A stretch of 64,000 bases of DNA. Source: Octopus bimaculoides. Its lineage: Eukaryota. The stretch spans positions 32,686,998-32,750,997 of the forward strand of contig NC_068985.1 of NCBI RefSeq assembly GCF_001194135.2, read 5' to 3'. The translations under genes and the position numbers were made by a program. Under the pieces are notes generated by a model. It made no database searches, was not told where the DNA came from, and saw only the letters and a program-made list of their open reading frames with translations. Shown in pieces: positions 22,291 through 35,194 of the stretch (within the stretch, counting starts at the first letter, position 1; every line of letters begins with the position of its first letter).

Positions 22291-22643
22291 GATGCTTGCA
22301 CCTTTTCATACTTTTGTAATATGTCGACCAAGTGTTCACTTTGAGAATGTTTTGTGCTTGCTATTCTGTGATGAAACTGTTTGTGCATGTAAAGCTCAAT
22401 AGGTATAGAGCAATAGCCTTTAACTGTATTTGTGGATACTACATGCATATTTAAAAACAAGGATAACGTGTATGCTTCTCTCTGTTAACACAATTTGGTC
22501 TTGTATGAAGATACAAAGGTTGGGACATTCATGTTTCCTCAATAGTTTCCAGTGAAGTACTAAGTAACTATGAAGACATCAGCACATCTAAAAAATAAAA
22601 AAGAAACTGCACTATGACTCATAATTTTATTATTTCTCTGCAG

Positions 22644-22817
22644 GTGGTCTTTGACCCCTTTGAGGGGTTCAATATGGAGTCCAAGATATTTACCTCCAAC
22701 AATCTCTAAGAAAGAATTATCAGAAGAGTTAGATGAAACAGATGAAAGAAAATATCGCCCTATCAAAGCCGCATGTAATGAAGAGACAACTTCCATTTTG
22801 TATGATCCAGTTCTTGC
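22644..22817 (+). CDS. MRPS7: MRPS7 coding exon 2
   Basis: Acceptor tatttctctgcag; (R)WSLTPLRGSIWSPRYLPPTISKKELSEELDETDERKYRPIKAACNEETTSILYDPVL(A), resembling MRPS7 IKAA..T.S...DP; donor GTTAGT, phase 2. Confidence 0.92.
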
Positions 22818-23787
22818 GTTAGTATATATTACATTTTATTTTTATATTCTTTATGAATGTTAATTATGAAACTGAAGAGGTTCTGCATGTGATGATGGTG
22901 TTACCAGATCATTACAATATACGTTATTAGTACTGGGCATGTTTATTTACCTTACTTTTAATACATGTTAGTAATGTAAATATCAGTTAAATCCCAGTAG
23001 ATAAATCCCAGGAAGATTATCTCATTTTCTTATAAAAATGAGATAATCTTCCTCTTGATAGGACATTAGTCTATCATAAGTAACATTCCAAGAAGATGTA
23101 ACTTTCTGACAGCTTGGTGAACTGAAATTTATCATCTTTCTTATCACAATGAACCATAGTGTTTGTGATCATCTCTAGTTTCTGTTGTATTAAGTGAATA
23201 AAAGAGAAATCACTATGTGGATAAGATTCTCTTCTGCTGCAGGTAGCTTTGCTTGGTAGTAAAACTGAACTTAACATTTATTGTAAACTATTGAATATTC
23301 ATTAATATTCTTACAACCAACAACTGTTAATTATACCACTTGTAGTACTTAGAAATAAATCAACTTTATTGTTGAAAGTCATATCTTGCCCATTGGAGCA
23401 ATGCAGTAGCATTACCTCCATTTCCTTTAGATGGTTGCATGGTATCTTGTCAACTCAGTCATTCCTGCTTTCTAGATCAGCTGAAAAGGTGCGTAGAATT
23501 AAGTGTACTATTCAAATATATTGTATTTATATAGTAATACATAGGATAGTTACAGGAGAATGACATGACTAATAAAGTTAATTATATACAATAAGTAAAT
23601 TGACTGCCACGAATAAGAAAGAGTGGAAATAGCAAGAAATAAAGTTGGAGGAAATAGTTTTTAAAAACTTTTATCTGGATGTAATGGTTTTTTTGCTGCT
23701 TTCTTTCCATTTTAAAATTTTGGTTTTATTTTTGGATATAAGATTATAAATATATTTTGTTTATAATAATTTATATACTCATTGCAG

Positions 23788-23851
23788 TAAATTCACTAAT
23801 ATGGTTATGAAATCAGGAAGAAAAGATGCTGCTGCTTTAGTTGTTGATGAG
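23788..23851 (+). CDS. MRPS7: MRPS7 coding exon 3
   Basis: Acceptor attgcag; (A)KFTNMVMKSGRKDAAALVVDE, the uS7 KF.N..M..G.K motif; donor GTATCT, phase 0. Confidence 0.93.
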
Positions 23852-24289
23852 GTATCTTGTTGATGTTATTATTTCCATTATTAATTAATGTGACAAGTAT
23901 TTTTTTTGTGCTGTTAAAAGGTTCTCAGTTTAAAGAATAGAATAGGTAGTAGTTTTATTGATTTTTAAGCCTTAATTGTTATTCCAAGGGGGACGAAAGA
24001 CTCATGCAAGTCATACCTAAAAGAATATTTAAATGCTATACTGAATTTTATTCACTGCATAAACTGAGAATCTTTTATATTCATGTACATTGTTCTCTAT
24101 TAAAAATAGCCACTGCTTGTCTGCAATGCCTCCCCCCACCTATACCAGAAACCCCTATAGGGCTCTGCTGCCTTGCTTCTGTACCTGAAGACTTGCATAC
24201 CTTTGTCCACACTACTGCGTGCACCAAAAGGTGATATGTTACTTTGTAAAATATTAGTAAATTACAAACCACCTACTTATATATAGGTA

Positions 24290-25465
24290 GGTGGTTTGTT
24301 GAAATTTACAAAAAAACAAAAGATGAAGACAGGTGTATAGATAACAAACAGGTGTATTAGTTTAACACTTGGGAAGGTGAGAAAGTCTTTTACATTTCGA
24401 GCCTATGCTCTTCAACAGAGAGGAGCATGAGGAAATAAACAGAGAATAAAAAACTTTTGGAGCTAGCAGTCAATCATGGCAGCTGGCTGGACAATGGTAG
24501 TTAGACAGGAGAGCTAGGAAGAAGGAGAGATAAAGTATTGGTGATCCCAAAACAAAGGTGCGTGTACATGTGTATGTGAGAGTGTGTAAGTGTGAGTAGG
24601 GGCTGGTGACTGACGTGTTGATGTGTGTGGGTGTGTGGATGATGGTGTGGATGCTGGTCAGTGGTCANNNNNNNNNNNNNNNNNNNNNNNNNNNNNNNNN
24701 NNNNNNNNNNNNNNNNNNNNNNNNNNNNNNNNNNNNNNNNNNNNNNNNNNNNNNNNNNNNNNNNNNNNNNNNNNNNNNNNNNNNNNNNNNNNNNNNNNNN
24801 NNNNNNNNNNNNNNNNNNNNNNNNNNNNNNNNNNNNNNNNNNNNNNNNNNNNNNNNNNNNNNNNNNNNNNNNNNNNNNNNNNNNNNNNNNNNNNNNNNNN
24901 NNNNNNNNNNNNNNNNNNNNNNNNNNNNNNNNNNNNNNNNNNNNNNNNNNNNNNNNNNNNNNNNNNNNNNNNNNNNNNNNNNNNNNNNNCAATCCAAACA
25001 CAGACAGGTGTTGTAATGAATGACCAGTAGAGCGGAAATGGCGCGAGACTGGGGTGTTGTTGCCAAGTCTAATGTCTCGGAAGTGCTCTGCGAACCAGTT
25101 AGCCAAGCAGCGTCCCATTTGACCGATGTACAGAGAAGGAGAGATAGAGCAAGAGATGCAATGAATGATATTGCTAGAAGTGCATGCAAAGAAGTCAGTG
25201 ATATGATAGTGACAATGATGGGTGCCTGTGAGGATGGTGGTGTTGGAGAGGTAGGGGCAAGTGCAGCAGGGGAACAAGCCAGGTTGGGAGGTGGAGTTAG
25301 GGAAGAAGCTGTGGACCAGGAGGTCACATAGGTTGTGGGCTTGCTTGGAGGGGACGGGTAGGTTGGGGAAGATGTGTGAAGTGGAGGGGTCAGACTGGAG
25401 TCGCTGGAAGGCTTGTAGAATGGTGTGTTGGAGGGGTGGTAGGTGAGGGAGATGGGGGTACATTT
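24290..25465 (-). mobile_element. Penelope-like (Neptune-type) GIY-YIG 3' part with hammerhead-bearing terminal repeat
   Basis: FACTSSNIIHCISCSISPSLYIGQMGRCLANWFAEH..PVSRHF..GH; spans the gap 24668-24990; HHR-like motif at 24392-24418. Confidence 0.88.
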
Positions 25466-25469
25466 ACTC

Positions 25470-28375
25470 CCAATAGCGGCAAGAATTTTAATATGTTTGA
25501 ATGAGGATAGGTTAAAGCAAGAACAACTGATGTGACATGTCTGTTATCAAGCGATCACTAAACGTTCTTTCCATGTGCCGAATACCATCACTCCTTCCCA
25601 TGTTCCCTCCTGCTTCCCTTTCCCAGTTTTCAGAGTTGGTACTGTCAGTGTAGGCACATTGAAAGGTATGTCTAGCAAGATTGTTGAGATGCTTGAATGG
25701 AAGTGTGTTGATACATGCTGCATTCAAGAGGTAAGGTGGAGGGGAGCTTCAGCCAGGTTCTTCACAGGCAAGACATATAGGTATAAAATCTTCTGGGAAG
25801 GTAACAGTGACGGGGTAATTGGTGTGGGCATACTTCTTGCTGAGAAATGGGTGGGTAAGGCCATAGTGGTAGTCAGTGTGCAATAGGGTGCTTAAGCTCA
25901 GGCTAGTCTTGCAGAATAGTATCTGCCTACATCCCACAAGTGGGCCTACCTAATGAACAGAAGGACCACTTTTATGATATTCTTCTGCAGGCTACCTCAA
26001 AGACGAGTGACAATGATCTCATCTTTGTGGTTGGGGATTTCAATGGGCGTGTCGGATGGCAGACTGGTATCTTCCACGGTGTCCAAGGGGGCCATGGAAT
26101 TGGTTCCTGAAATGAAGAGGGAACAATGCTACTGGAGTTCTATGATGCAAATAACCTATTGATGTACAACACCAACTTCAGGAAGCCAGCCAGCCACCTG
26201 ATAACCTACCAATCGGGTGACTGTGCAAGCAAGATCGATTACATTCTCACCAGACTGTGGGATGCGTGGTTGCTCTTAAATACAAAAATACTCCCTGGTG
26301 AAGAATGTACCCCACCAGCATAGACAAGTCATTAGTGATTTTAAACTCGAGGCCAGAAGGATGTTGAGAAGCAGTCCAATCTGGAAAAGAAGGATTTGGA
26401 AGTTTAAAGACCATTTATATGGTCAGAGATTTAGGGACATCTTAATTGAGAAATTTGATGAGAGGGAGGAGGAACTACAGACTTGCGACATAGAGGGCAA
26501 CTGGGAATTCCTGCGGGATAGCTTGCTGAGTGCCACAGACCAAATCTGTAGCTGGTGCAAAGTCCCGTCCAGACCTAGNNNNNNNNNNGGACATCTTAAT
26601 TGAGAAATTTGATGAGAGGGAGGAGGAACTACAGACTTGCGACATAGAGGGCAACTGGGAATTCCTGCGGGATAGCTTGCTGAGTGCCACAGACCAAATC
26701 TGTAGCTGGTGCAAAGTCCCGTCCAGACCTAGGGTAACATAGTGGTGGAACAGTGTGGTAGACAAGGCCATTAGAGCAAAGAAACAGGTCTGGAAGAGTG
26801 GGGGTAGCAGGGAACTGTATCAGATAGTCAGAAGGGAAGTTAAGAGACAGGTATATCTAGCCAAGGAAGAAGCAGAAAAGTTTGCCTATGTTCAGTGATG
26901 TGAGGACCAAAGAACTGAAGTGTTTCAGATTGCAAGACAGGTGTGAAAGAAAATTGTGATGTCATAGGAGAGAAATGTGTCCGCATGGATGATGGTGCAT
27001 TTGCATTTAATGATTCTGTAAAGAAAGAGGCTTGGAAATGCCGTTATGAAAGACTACTGAACGTGAAGAATGAATGGGAGGAGGAGTGTCTGGCAAATGT
27101 TGACCCAATTGAGGGATCAGCTACCCAAATTGACAGTTCCTTGGTAGATAAAGCAATTAAGGATATGAAATCGGAAGCCCCCCCTCCCCAATCCATCAGG
27201 AATCACTGCTGAGATGCTTAAAATATCTGGCAGTTGGGTTATGGTCTAGTCACTCATATTGTAAATCAGGTGGTTCACGACGAGTCATATCCAATGATTG
27301 GTGTAGTAGCACCATAGTCAATTGCTACCAAGGTAAAGTTGATGCCTGAAAAATAATTACAGAGGTATCAAATTGTTAGATCAGGTGATGAAAGTTACGG
27401 AGAGAGTCATAGCCCAACTAATTAGGAAGAGAGTTAGACTAGATGAGATATAACTTGGTTTTGTACCAGAGAGAAGCACCACTGATGCTATATTTCTGGT
27501 AAAGCAGCTGCAGGAGAAATACATAGCCAAAGATATACCTCTGTACCTGGCCTTTGTTGACTTTGACAGGGTTCTCTGATCTCTTATCTGGTGGTCAATG
27601 TGGAACCTAGGGATAGACAAGTGGTTGGTGAGAGCTGTACAAGCCCTGTACAGGGATGCTACCAGTAAGGTGAGGGTTGGCAATGAGTATAGCGAAGAAT
27701 TCAGGGTGCAAGTAGGGGTTCACCAAAGATCAGTGCTCGGCCCCATCTTGTTCATCAAGTCCTCCAGACAATAACGGGAATTTTAGACAGGCTGCCCCTG
27801 GGAGCTCCGCTAAGCTGATGACCTTACTCTGAATTACTACCAGAACTAGAGAAGTTCTAGGTATGGAAGCAAGGTCTAGAATCAAAGGGCCTTAGAATTA
27901 ACCTAGCAAAAACCAAAGTCTTAGTAAGTAGGATGGGAGACAAATCACAAATCCCTTCAGATAAATGGCCCTGCTCGATCTGTAGAAAAGGTGTAGTTAG
28001 AAACTCCATAAGATGCACCTGATGTAAGCTTTGGACACATAAAAGGTGCAGCAATATCAGAGGATTGTTAACAGGGAAGCTAGTTTTTGTGTGTGGAAGA
28101 TACGCAGGTAAAATAAACGCAGAAAATAGTCTCCATTAACTACCAGGAGGGCAAGCTAGAAGTAGTAGAAAGCTTTTATTATCTAGGTGACCAAGTTAGT
28201 GGAGGTGGATGCTCCAAGAGCATAACTCTGAGAATAAAATTAAGCTGGGCAAAGTTCAGAGAGCTCCTATCTCTGCTGGTAACAAAGGGCCTCTCTCTCT
28301 GAGTGAAAGACAGATTGTATGATTCTTATGTGTGAACAGCTATGCTACATGGCAGTGAAACATGGTCTGTGATCT
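25470..28375 (+). mobile_element. RTE LINE copy B in MRPS7 intron 3 (sense), near full-length ORF, degraded
   Basis: RVGTVSVGTLKGM..CIQEVRW; GDFNGRVG; KIDYILTR; RT region; C-terminal LHGSETW. Confidence 0.93.
26435..26732. other. Probable assembly false duplication (144 bp repeated on each side of a 10-N gap)
   Basis: 26435-26578 is identical to 26589-26732. Confidence 0.85.
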
Positions 28376-28740
28376 TAAAATGGAGCAAAAATCAATATTT
28401 GGCATTTAATAGCTGTATCTGTATGTTTGTATTTATGTAAATGTATTTACGTGTCTTGATATATCAGGTGGGTGCTCATCATATGAATGTGCATGTATGT
28501 AGCAGTTACCCAGAATTTACATTTGACAATGTAAAAAACCCCCACATATATGTAATGTTGGACTATTGACTACCTTATTATGAGCTCAAATCTACAAGTT
28601 TCCTAATAGTTAAGGCAAAAAGTACATCAATTTGTAAATATACTATCTCAGACAATATACACATGTTTAAATGTGCAAAAAAAACTACCCCTCTTATGTC
28701 AGCATAGGAAAATGGATTAAAAAATGTAAATTTATTTTAG

Positions 28741-28908
28741 ATGTTGGAGAGCATAAAAATATCCCAGTTAGAAAAATATCATAAAGCCTCAGACGAAGTA
28801 AAAACTGAAATTGAGTTAAACCCAGTTACAATATTTCATGAAGCCCTTGAAAATTGCAAACCAGTTCTATATCTAATGAAGGTGCACAAAGGTGGTGTTC
28901 GATATAAT
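28741..28908 (+). CDS. MRPS7: MRPS7 coding exon 4
   Basis: Acceptor tttattttag; MLESIKISQLEKYHKASDEVKTEIELNPVTIFHEALENCKPVLYLMKVHKGGVRYN (uS7 NP..IF..A..NC.P...KGG..Y); donor GTAAGT. Confidence 0.95.
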
Positions 28909-30446
28909 GTAAGTATAAAGACAGTTTATCCTTCTTTGATTACTTTGTTAAGATTTTATCTAAACATAGTTATATGTTAAATATTAGAGATATTTTGCAA
29001 ATTCTTATTGTACGTATCTTATTACAAGGCTTCTTGATCACTTTTAGGGCCGACCAGTTTCACTCCCCATCCTCACTATGTTTTTGAAACATAAAATATT
29101 GTGTATGGGGATAGAAATGGCTTTACTTTACAATGGTTTATATTCTGCATCAAATATGGGCTTACTTTAACAAACTACTTTATGATCTGTATTTACATAA
29201 TAGCTATCTATGAAAATAAGACTAGGTTCTGCCATTCTTTTATTTTATATGAATATTTTCTAGAAACATGTTAGCTGAAGATCTTGAAATATGAACAGTT
29301 TTTGCAACTATAACATTGTCAAGGTTTTTATGTACTATTGTTGTAGCTTAAAACAGTTATTAATTTGGAATGTATCATTTCAATGCAAAGGTTAGAAGCT
29401 TTTATAATAATCGCTTTTCAGAACTGATAAGCTGTTTAGTCTGTCCACCCAAGCCCTCCTACTCTTGTCATTTGGTAGGATCAGAAAATGTTGGCCAATA
29501 TAATAATGTATGGTATTTGGCTATGTACCTTTACATTCTTAGTACAAACTGCCTTTGCTCCTTTTGAGGTTGATAAAATATTTAGTTATATGCTGTTTAT
29601 ACAGTACCAGCTGCCGAGACTTGAAAGTAAAATCCCAACATGGCCAAAAAGTTCAATAGCTGAAACCAATGAAAGAATAAGATAATTGTTATTGTTTCAC
29701 TCTCAATTCCCTTGCTGAATCATGAATTGTAGCCAACTTCTCTTTGCTTTTTTACTGTTCAGGAGTTTGGGTTGATCAGTAATCATATCAGATAGGTTTT
29801 ACAAATGTTATGGGCTACATATCTCCTTAGACTAAATTAAAAAAATCATTGACCACAGAGTATGGTCATGTTATGAGTGAGTAGAATAACACATAAATAT
29901 TTGAAAGTATCAGGATTGTATGATTTGTTGGTTATATTGTAAACGTAGAAAGAGCAGGTTGTTGTTTAGACACAACATATATGCATACAGGCAAAACAGT
30001 ACAAAGGTTGATGTATTACTTGATCTGTTAGAGCATGGCTTTATTTCTCTTTCAAATTTAAACTAATTTCATTCAGATTAATACCATCCAGATATTTGTG
30101 CAAACGAAATTAGATTTGATAATGTATTAGAAGATTAACAAATATATAATTTAAAATAAAAGAAAGTTTAAACTTTTCAAGAGCTCCATGATAGAGCTTG
30201 ATTTTTTATGAGAGAAAATCTGTATCCTGTTATTTATTCAGTAGACTCTATTTTTACTGTTAAATAGGGAGAAACTTTACTATCTTGTGATATCATTCTA
30301 TTTTATTATTTTGGTGTGTCTCTGTTATTTACTGCTACCTTGCTGTTATCTCTTTGCTGCTCATAACACTTATTGAACTGTCTTGGACAAGTTAGTAGCA
30401 ATCTATTTGAGTTGATTCAATGTCTGTTTTTGTGAAACAATTTTAG

Positions 30447-30584
30447 GTCCCAGTATGCTGTCCTCCAAAAAGGCAGACATTTCTGGCAATGAAATGGTTG
30501 GTCCAGAATTGTCGTGATAAAGAGTGGAAAGCGAAGATGTCAAATAAGTTATCTATAGAAATCTTAGCTGCTTATAATTATGAG
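30447..30584 (+). CDS. MRPS7: MRPS7 coding exon 5
   Basis: Acceptor ttttag; VPVCCPPKRQTFLAMKWLVQNCRDKEWKAKMSNKLSIEILAAYNYE (VP...FLAMKW...C); donor GTATGT. Confidence 0.95.
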
Positions 30585-30832
30585 GTATGTCATACTTATT
30601 TTAATTTTTTTCTATTTGTTTAACTAAGTAAAATTTAAATAAGCTAGATTAATTGCAAGAAAATATAATTAAGAAAACATCAGCTAAGGTAATTCAGCCA
30701 ATCATCCATGTTATTTATTTCCTTTAGTTCATTTTATTTTTCATTATGTAAATTATATTAGGCTAAAAGTACTTGTAACTCTTTCTATTTATAAAAATTT
30801 AATCAAATCAAATGATTTTCAGGTTTGATTAT

Positions 30833-30874
30833 ACTGTGCTGATGAGGTCTAATAGACCAAAGCATGCTCATAGT
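30833..30874 (+). ncRNA. Degenerate minimal type I hammerhead motif, sense in MRPS7 intron 5
   Basis: ACTGTG-CTGATGA-GGTC-TAATA-GACC-AAA-GCATGC-T-CATAGT; stems I and II pair; G12 and H17 appear missing. Confidence 0.65.
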
Positions 30875-30974
30875 TGTCTCTTGTTTGCAAAAGGATAAGG
30901 CTGTCCTTTCTTGATATTTGTAAATTAACTCAAGAATTTAATTCTTAAATTCTTGAAATTATACTAAGGCAAAA

Positions 30975-31146
30975 TTGTTTGCTCACTGGGCAAAATACTT
31001 AGCTGCATTTCGCCCGTTTTTACATTCTAAGTTCAAATTCCAATGGGGCTGACTTTGCTTTCATAAGTACCAGTCAATCACGCATTGGTGTAATCGATTT
31101 ATCCCCTGCACCGAACTTTCTGGCCTTGTGCTAAAATTTAAAACTA
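30975..31146 (+). mobile_element. tRNA-derived SINE (internally deleted)
   Basis: aaaatacttagc..aagttcaaattcc..gactttgctttcataagtaccag..ggccttgtgctaaaattt. Confidence 0.75.
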
Positions 31147-31846
31147 ATTCTTGAAATTATCTGTCCTTCACTTTGAGTGTTGCTAACAATTGCTGCCAGA
31201 TTTTTTGATTTCTTTTCCCCAAGAAGGAAATTTCAATTAAGAATATTTTTGTGTTTGGTGTTCAGTGCCTATCTTCTAAGTTAATAAAATATATGTTTAC
31301 TTCCTTTTCTAATTGCTTTAATCTTTCTTAATAGCAGTAACACTGATTTTATAAAACTGTTTTACTTCCGTTTTATCACTGGTAAAAATGAATGTAAATT
31401 ATTTAGTTACTTGTTGCAAGTATTTGTTTAGTGGGGTTACTTCCCTTGTCTGAAATACATAGTTATGTGCCTTGCTTTGGGATACTATAAAAGAATTACA
31501 AAGATTTGAATTCATAGCAATGCATCTTAGTGTCATGCCACTTTCACTCAATATCAACAGTTTCTTTAATAAGATTTACAAAGACTGGAGTTCTAAGCTT
31601 TAATATATTAAAGCTTAAAAGAAACATTTTTTTCTCTTTTTTTAAATAAGTTTAGGCCCTCCTAAACTGGTAAATTGTTATGGTTGATCTCAACCTGAAT
31701 ATCTGTGAGAAAAATGTCATTGGAGAAGGAACCTGAGACTTAGTCTAAATGTTTGCAACAGGTGATGGTGTTAGGAGTATGAAGGAAAGTGTAAAGAAAA
31801 TCAAGTTCTTTATAAGAAGTTTATGTATGTCTTTCTGATTTTATAG

Positions 31847-31924
31847 GGACGGACGATACTGAAGAAACAAGAACTTCACCGGCAATGTGAAGCCAATAAA
31901 GCATATGCTCATTTCCGTTGGTAA
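31847..31924 (+). CDS. MRPS7: MRPS7 coding exon 6 (terminal)
   Basis: Acceptor ttttatag; GRTILKKQELHRQCEANKAYAHFRW*, the uS7 C-terminus (K..LH...EAN.A.AH.RW). Spliced CDS totals 699 nt = 232 aa. Confidence 0.95.
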   Translation, partial: GRTILKKQELHRQCEANKAYAHFRW

Positions 31925-32929
31925 AGAAAAACAAGGCAAAATTGAATTGTCCATCTAATTTACTGTGTTAAATATACAGTAGTTTGAAGTAACTACAATA
32001 CACCAAGAGGAAACGTCTATGGACTGTTCACATATCAGCTGATGATAATTCATAAAATGAATATTCTGAAAAGACTAGCAGTAGATGTGAATGCATATAC
32101 ATATGTGCATGGTATGCTGAAGGAAAAGCAGCACTGAGACAGAAAGCTTGTGTCCTGTCAAAGGTTCTGATTTGATGTACAGCTATTTGATAAAGAAATT
32201 TAAATAACTGTAGAGTGAGAAAAAAAAATGTTGTTTGTAAATTATATTATGTAAATATACTGGTAATTAGATAAATATTTTTAGTATTATTTGTTTCGAA
32301 ACCTGATTTTATTTCTTTATATATTTTTTTAAGGTCAGTGGCATAACCAGTTGAGTACTGGATAAAATACTTTGTGATAATTAGTTTACTAGGGGTTAAC
32401 TTAATTTTTCATTCTTCCTAACTAGTCAAGTTAATTAATTGTACCCTCCTAACATAAGTGTTTTCTCTGAAATTTTATTTCACATTTTTTTAAAAATAAC
32501 AACTAGATAATTTTACAAATTTAGTTGGCATGAATTGTTTGAATAAATTTGATTTTTTTTTTTTCTCTCTGGTACAACTATAAAGTGATTTATGCTCCTG
32601 TAACTGTTTAGGAGGAAATAGAACAAAAAAATTATGACCTAGAAAAATAGGAAAAAATGCCCGACTTAAAAGAAAAGATCAAAGAGTAATGTGAGTATAA
32701 TTGGTAACAACAGAATTGCTTGAATCTCAAGGGTAATGGTTAAATATTCTGTAGTACTTTTGTACCTTTATGTTCTGAATTTAAACCTCACTTATCATCT
32801 TTGTTTTCATCCTGAGAGTGGATGGAGGGGGTCAATACAATAAAGCACCAGTCAATTACTTGAAAGATTTTGTGTATTTATGCCTTTGTTCATCATCAAC
32901 TGGTTGAGCTTGACTGGACATTTTTAACT

Positions 32930-33265
32930 CATGCACACCATCCATCTCCGTCCTGCATTAGTTGAGGGAGGTATTCAGTGTCTCTGGTAAGTTGATCTAC
33001 ATTACGTTGTGTTTGGATGACCAGCTCGAGTACAGTTATGGTTTGGCATCCATAGCAGTAGGTCACTTGCCAACTCTTTTGTTTATTTCACCAACTATGT
33101 CCTGCAAAGAGCAAGCACCTTTCCTTTGTAATAGTAGAAACAGGCAGATCTCCATACAGCTGTTTTTCATGAGATGAGTTCTCCAAGACATGTTTAAGAT
33201 TGCTCTTAGCTTTTGGGTGTAAGTTCCATCTAGCTTGAATTCCACTTTTTGGTAAGCTAGTTCCA
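32930..33265 (-). mobile_element. RTE-like LINE 3' fragment (second family)
   Basis: KLDGTYTQKLRAILNMSWRTH.. Confidence 0.75.
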
Positions 33266-33269
33266 TGTG

Positions 33270-34256
33270 AAATTTGTTTGTAGCTAAAATTAATGATTTT
33301 GTGAATTTTTCAAAAATGTACGTCTTTTCTGCCCCACTCTGTAAACATCAGCTGTGGTTTAAAAGGTTTAAAGCTAAGAATTGTGACATATCTGACAAGC
33401 CTCACTTTGGATAACGACGTACTCTGAAAGATGACTTTTTGAATGAGACTAATATAATCAGATCTGCGTCAAAGCACTAAAGATTTGGTGCAAAAACTTG
33501 ATGTATCATGTTCAACTATCCACAAACATCTCATGCAAAGAGGTAATTTGGGTTCCTCATGAGCTTATGCTTGAGAACCAGACACAATGTTCCACCATCT
33601 GCAGGGCATCGTTACAGTTGATGAAAAATGGGTTTTGCATCACAACAGGTAATGGAAAAGACAAAGGTTATCATGTAATGAGTGGCCAGTGCCAACACCA
33701 AAACCAGAACTCCATCCACAAAAATCCTTGCTTTGTGTTTGCTAGAACACAAAAGTTATCTTCAATTATGAGCTACGGAAACATGGAAGGACCATCAATG
33801 CAGATGTCTTTGCCAACAACTTGATTGTGTAAATGAAAAATTAGGTTGAAAGTAGTCAGCTTTGATAAACAGAAAAGGTGTTATTCTCCAGTATGACATT
33901 GTATGACCACACTCTTCAAAACAAGCCCAAGAAAAAATAAGAAGAAAATAAGTTCTTGCACATCTTCCATACTTATCTGATGTAGTACTAATGGATTTCC
34001 ATCAGTTCCAATCACTAGAACATTTTACAAGAGGCAAAACATTCAGAAAAAAAGAGGAAGTTGAAAACAGTCTTTTAAACTTTTTTCAGGAGGAAAAATA
34101 AGTTTCTTTGAGCGTGGCATAAAAAAGTTACTTTCCCATTGGGCTGTAGTCATTGAAAATGATGGAGATTACATTCCTGACTAAAACTATTTAAATAAAC
34201 ATAGTTTACATTGCTTTACATTCTGGTAAAAAGCAATTAATTTCTGAACACCCTAA
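33270..34256 (+). mobile_element. Mariner, 5'-truncated, same family as 56323-58584
   Basis: KEVIWVPHELM; ENGFCITT (DEKW-like); decayed LQHDN..PH..LAHLPY; 3' TIR aattaatttctgaacaccctaa + TA. Confidence 0.85.
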
Positions 34257-34289
34257 TACACACTCACACACACATATATACATAACTGT

Positions 34290-35190
34290 TGAGGACATGC
34301 ATAGGCTCACAAGGAATGAAGCCAGTATGCTCAGATGGATGTGTAATGTCAGTGTGCATACTAGACAGAGTGTAAGTACCTTGAACCTAAGAAGCATCAG
34401 CTGTGGTGTGCAAGAGAGACATCTGCGATGGTATGGGCATGTGGCAAGAATGGATGAGGATAGCTGTGTGAAAAAGTGCCACACCCTAGCAGTTGAGGGA
34501 ACTTGTGGAAGAGGTAGGCCCAGGAAGACCTGGGATGAGGTGGTGAGGCACGACCTTTGAACATTGGGCCTCACCGAGGTAATGACTTCTGACCAAGATC
34601 TTTGGAAATATGCTGTGCGTGAGAAGACCTGGCAAGCCAAGTGAGACCTAAATCCAAGGCCTCTGCCAGGATGTTTACCTTCCTACGTTGGACACTAAAC
34701 TCCGCTTGCGAAGACCTGTTGAGGCAAGTGAAATCGAACTAATTCGACGGATGGCACACATGCCAACGTCGTCTCCNNNNNNNNNNNNNNNNNNNNNNNN
34801 NNNNNNNNNNNNNNNNNNNNNNNNNNNNNNNNNNNNNAGCAAAATCGTGATGGCACCGGTGCCCTGGCACTTGTGCCGGTTGCACGTGTAAGGACATTCA
34901 AGCGAGATCGTTGCCAGTGCCGCTGGACTGGCTCTCGTGCAGGTGGCACGTAAAAGACACCATTTTGAGCGTGGCCGTTGCCAGTACCGCCTGACTGGCC
35001 TTCGTGCGGGTGGCACGTAAAAGCACCCACTACACTCTGAGTGGTTGGTGTTAGGAAGGGCATCTAGCTGTAGAAACTCTGCCAAATCAGATTGGAGCCT
35101 GGTGTAACCACCTGGTTCACCAGTCCTCAGTCAAATCGTCCAACCCATGCTAGTATGGAAAGCGGACGTTAAACAATGATGATGATATAT
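34290..35190 (+). mobile_element. RTE LINE 3' end with 3' UTR and (GAT)n tail
   Basis: RLTRNEASMLRWMCNV..HLRWYGHVARM..GRPRKTW; ggcacgtaaaag repeats; ends catgctagtatggaaagcggacgttaaacaatgatgatgat. Confidence 0.9.
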
Positions 35191-35194
35191 ATAT

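Noticed and set aside
26435-26732. 144-bp tandem duplication in the RTE
   Set aside because: Identical copies on either side of a 10-N gap indicate a contig-overlap artefact.
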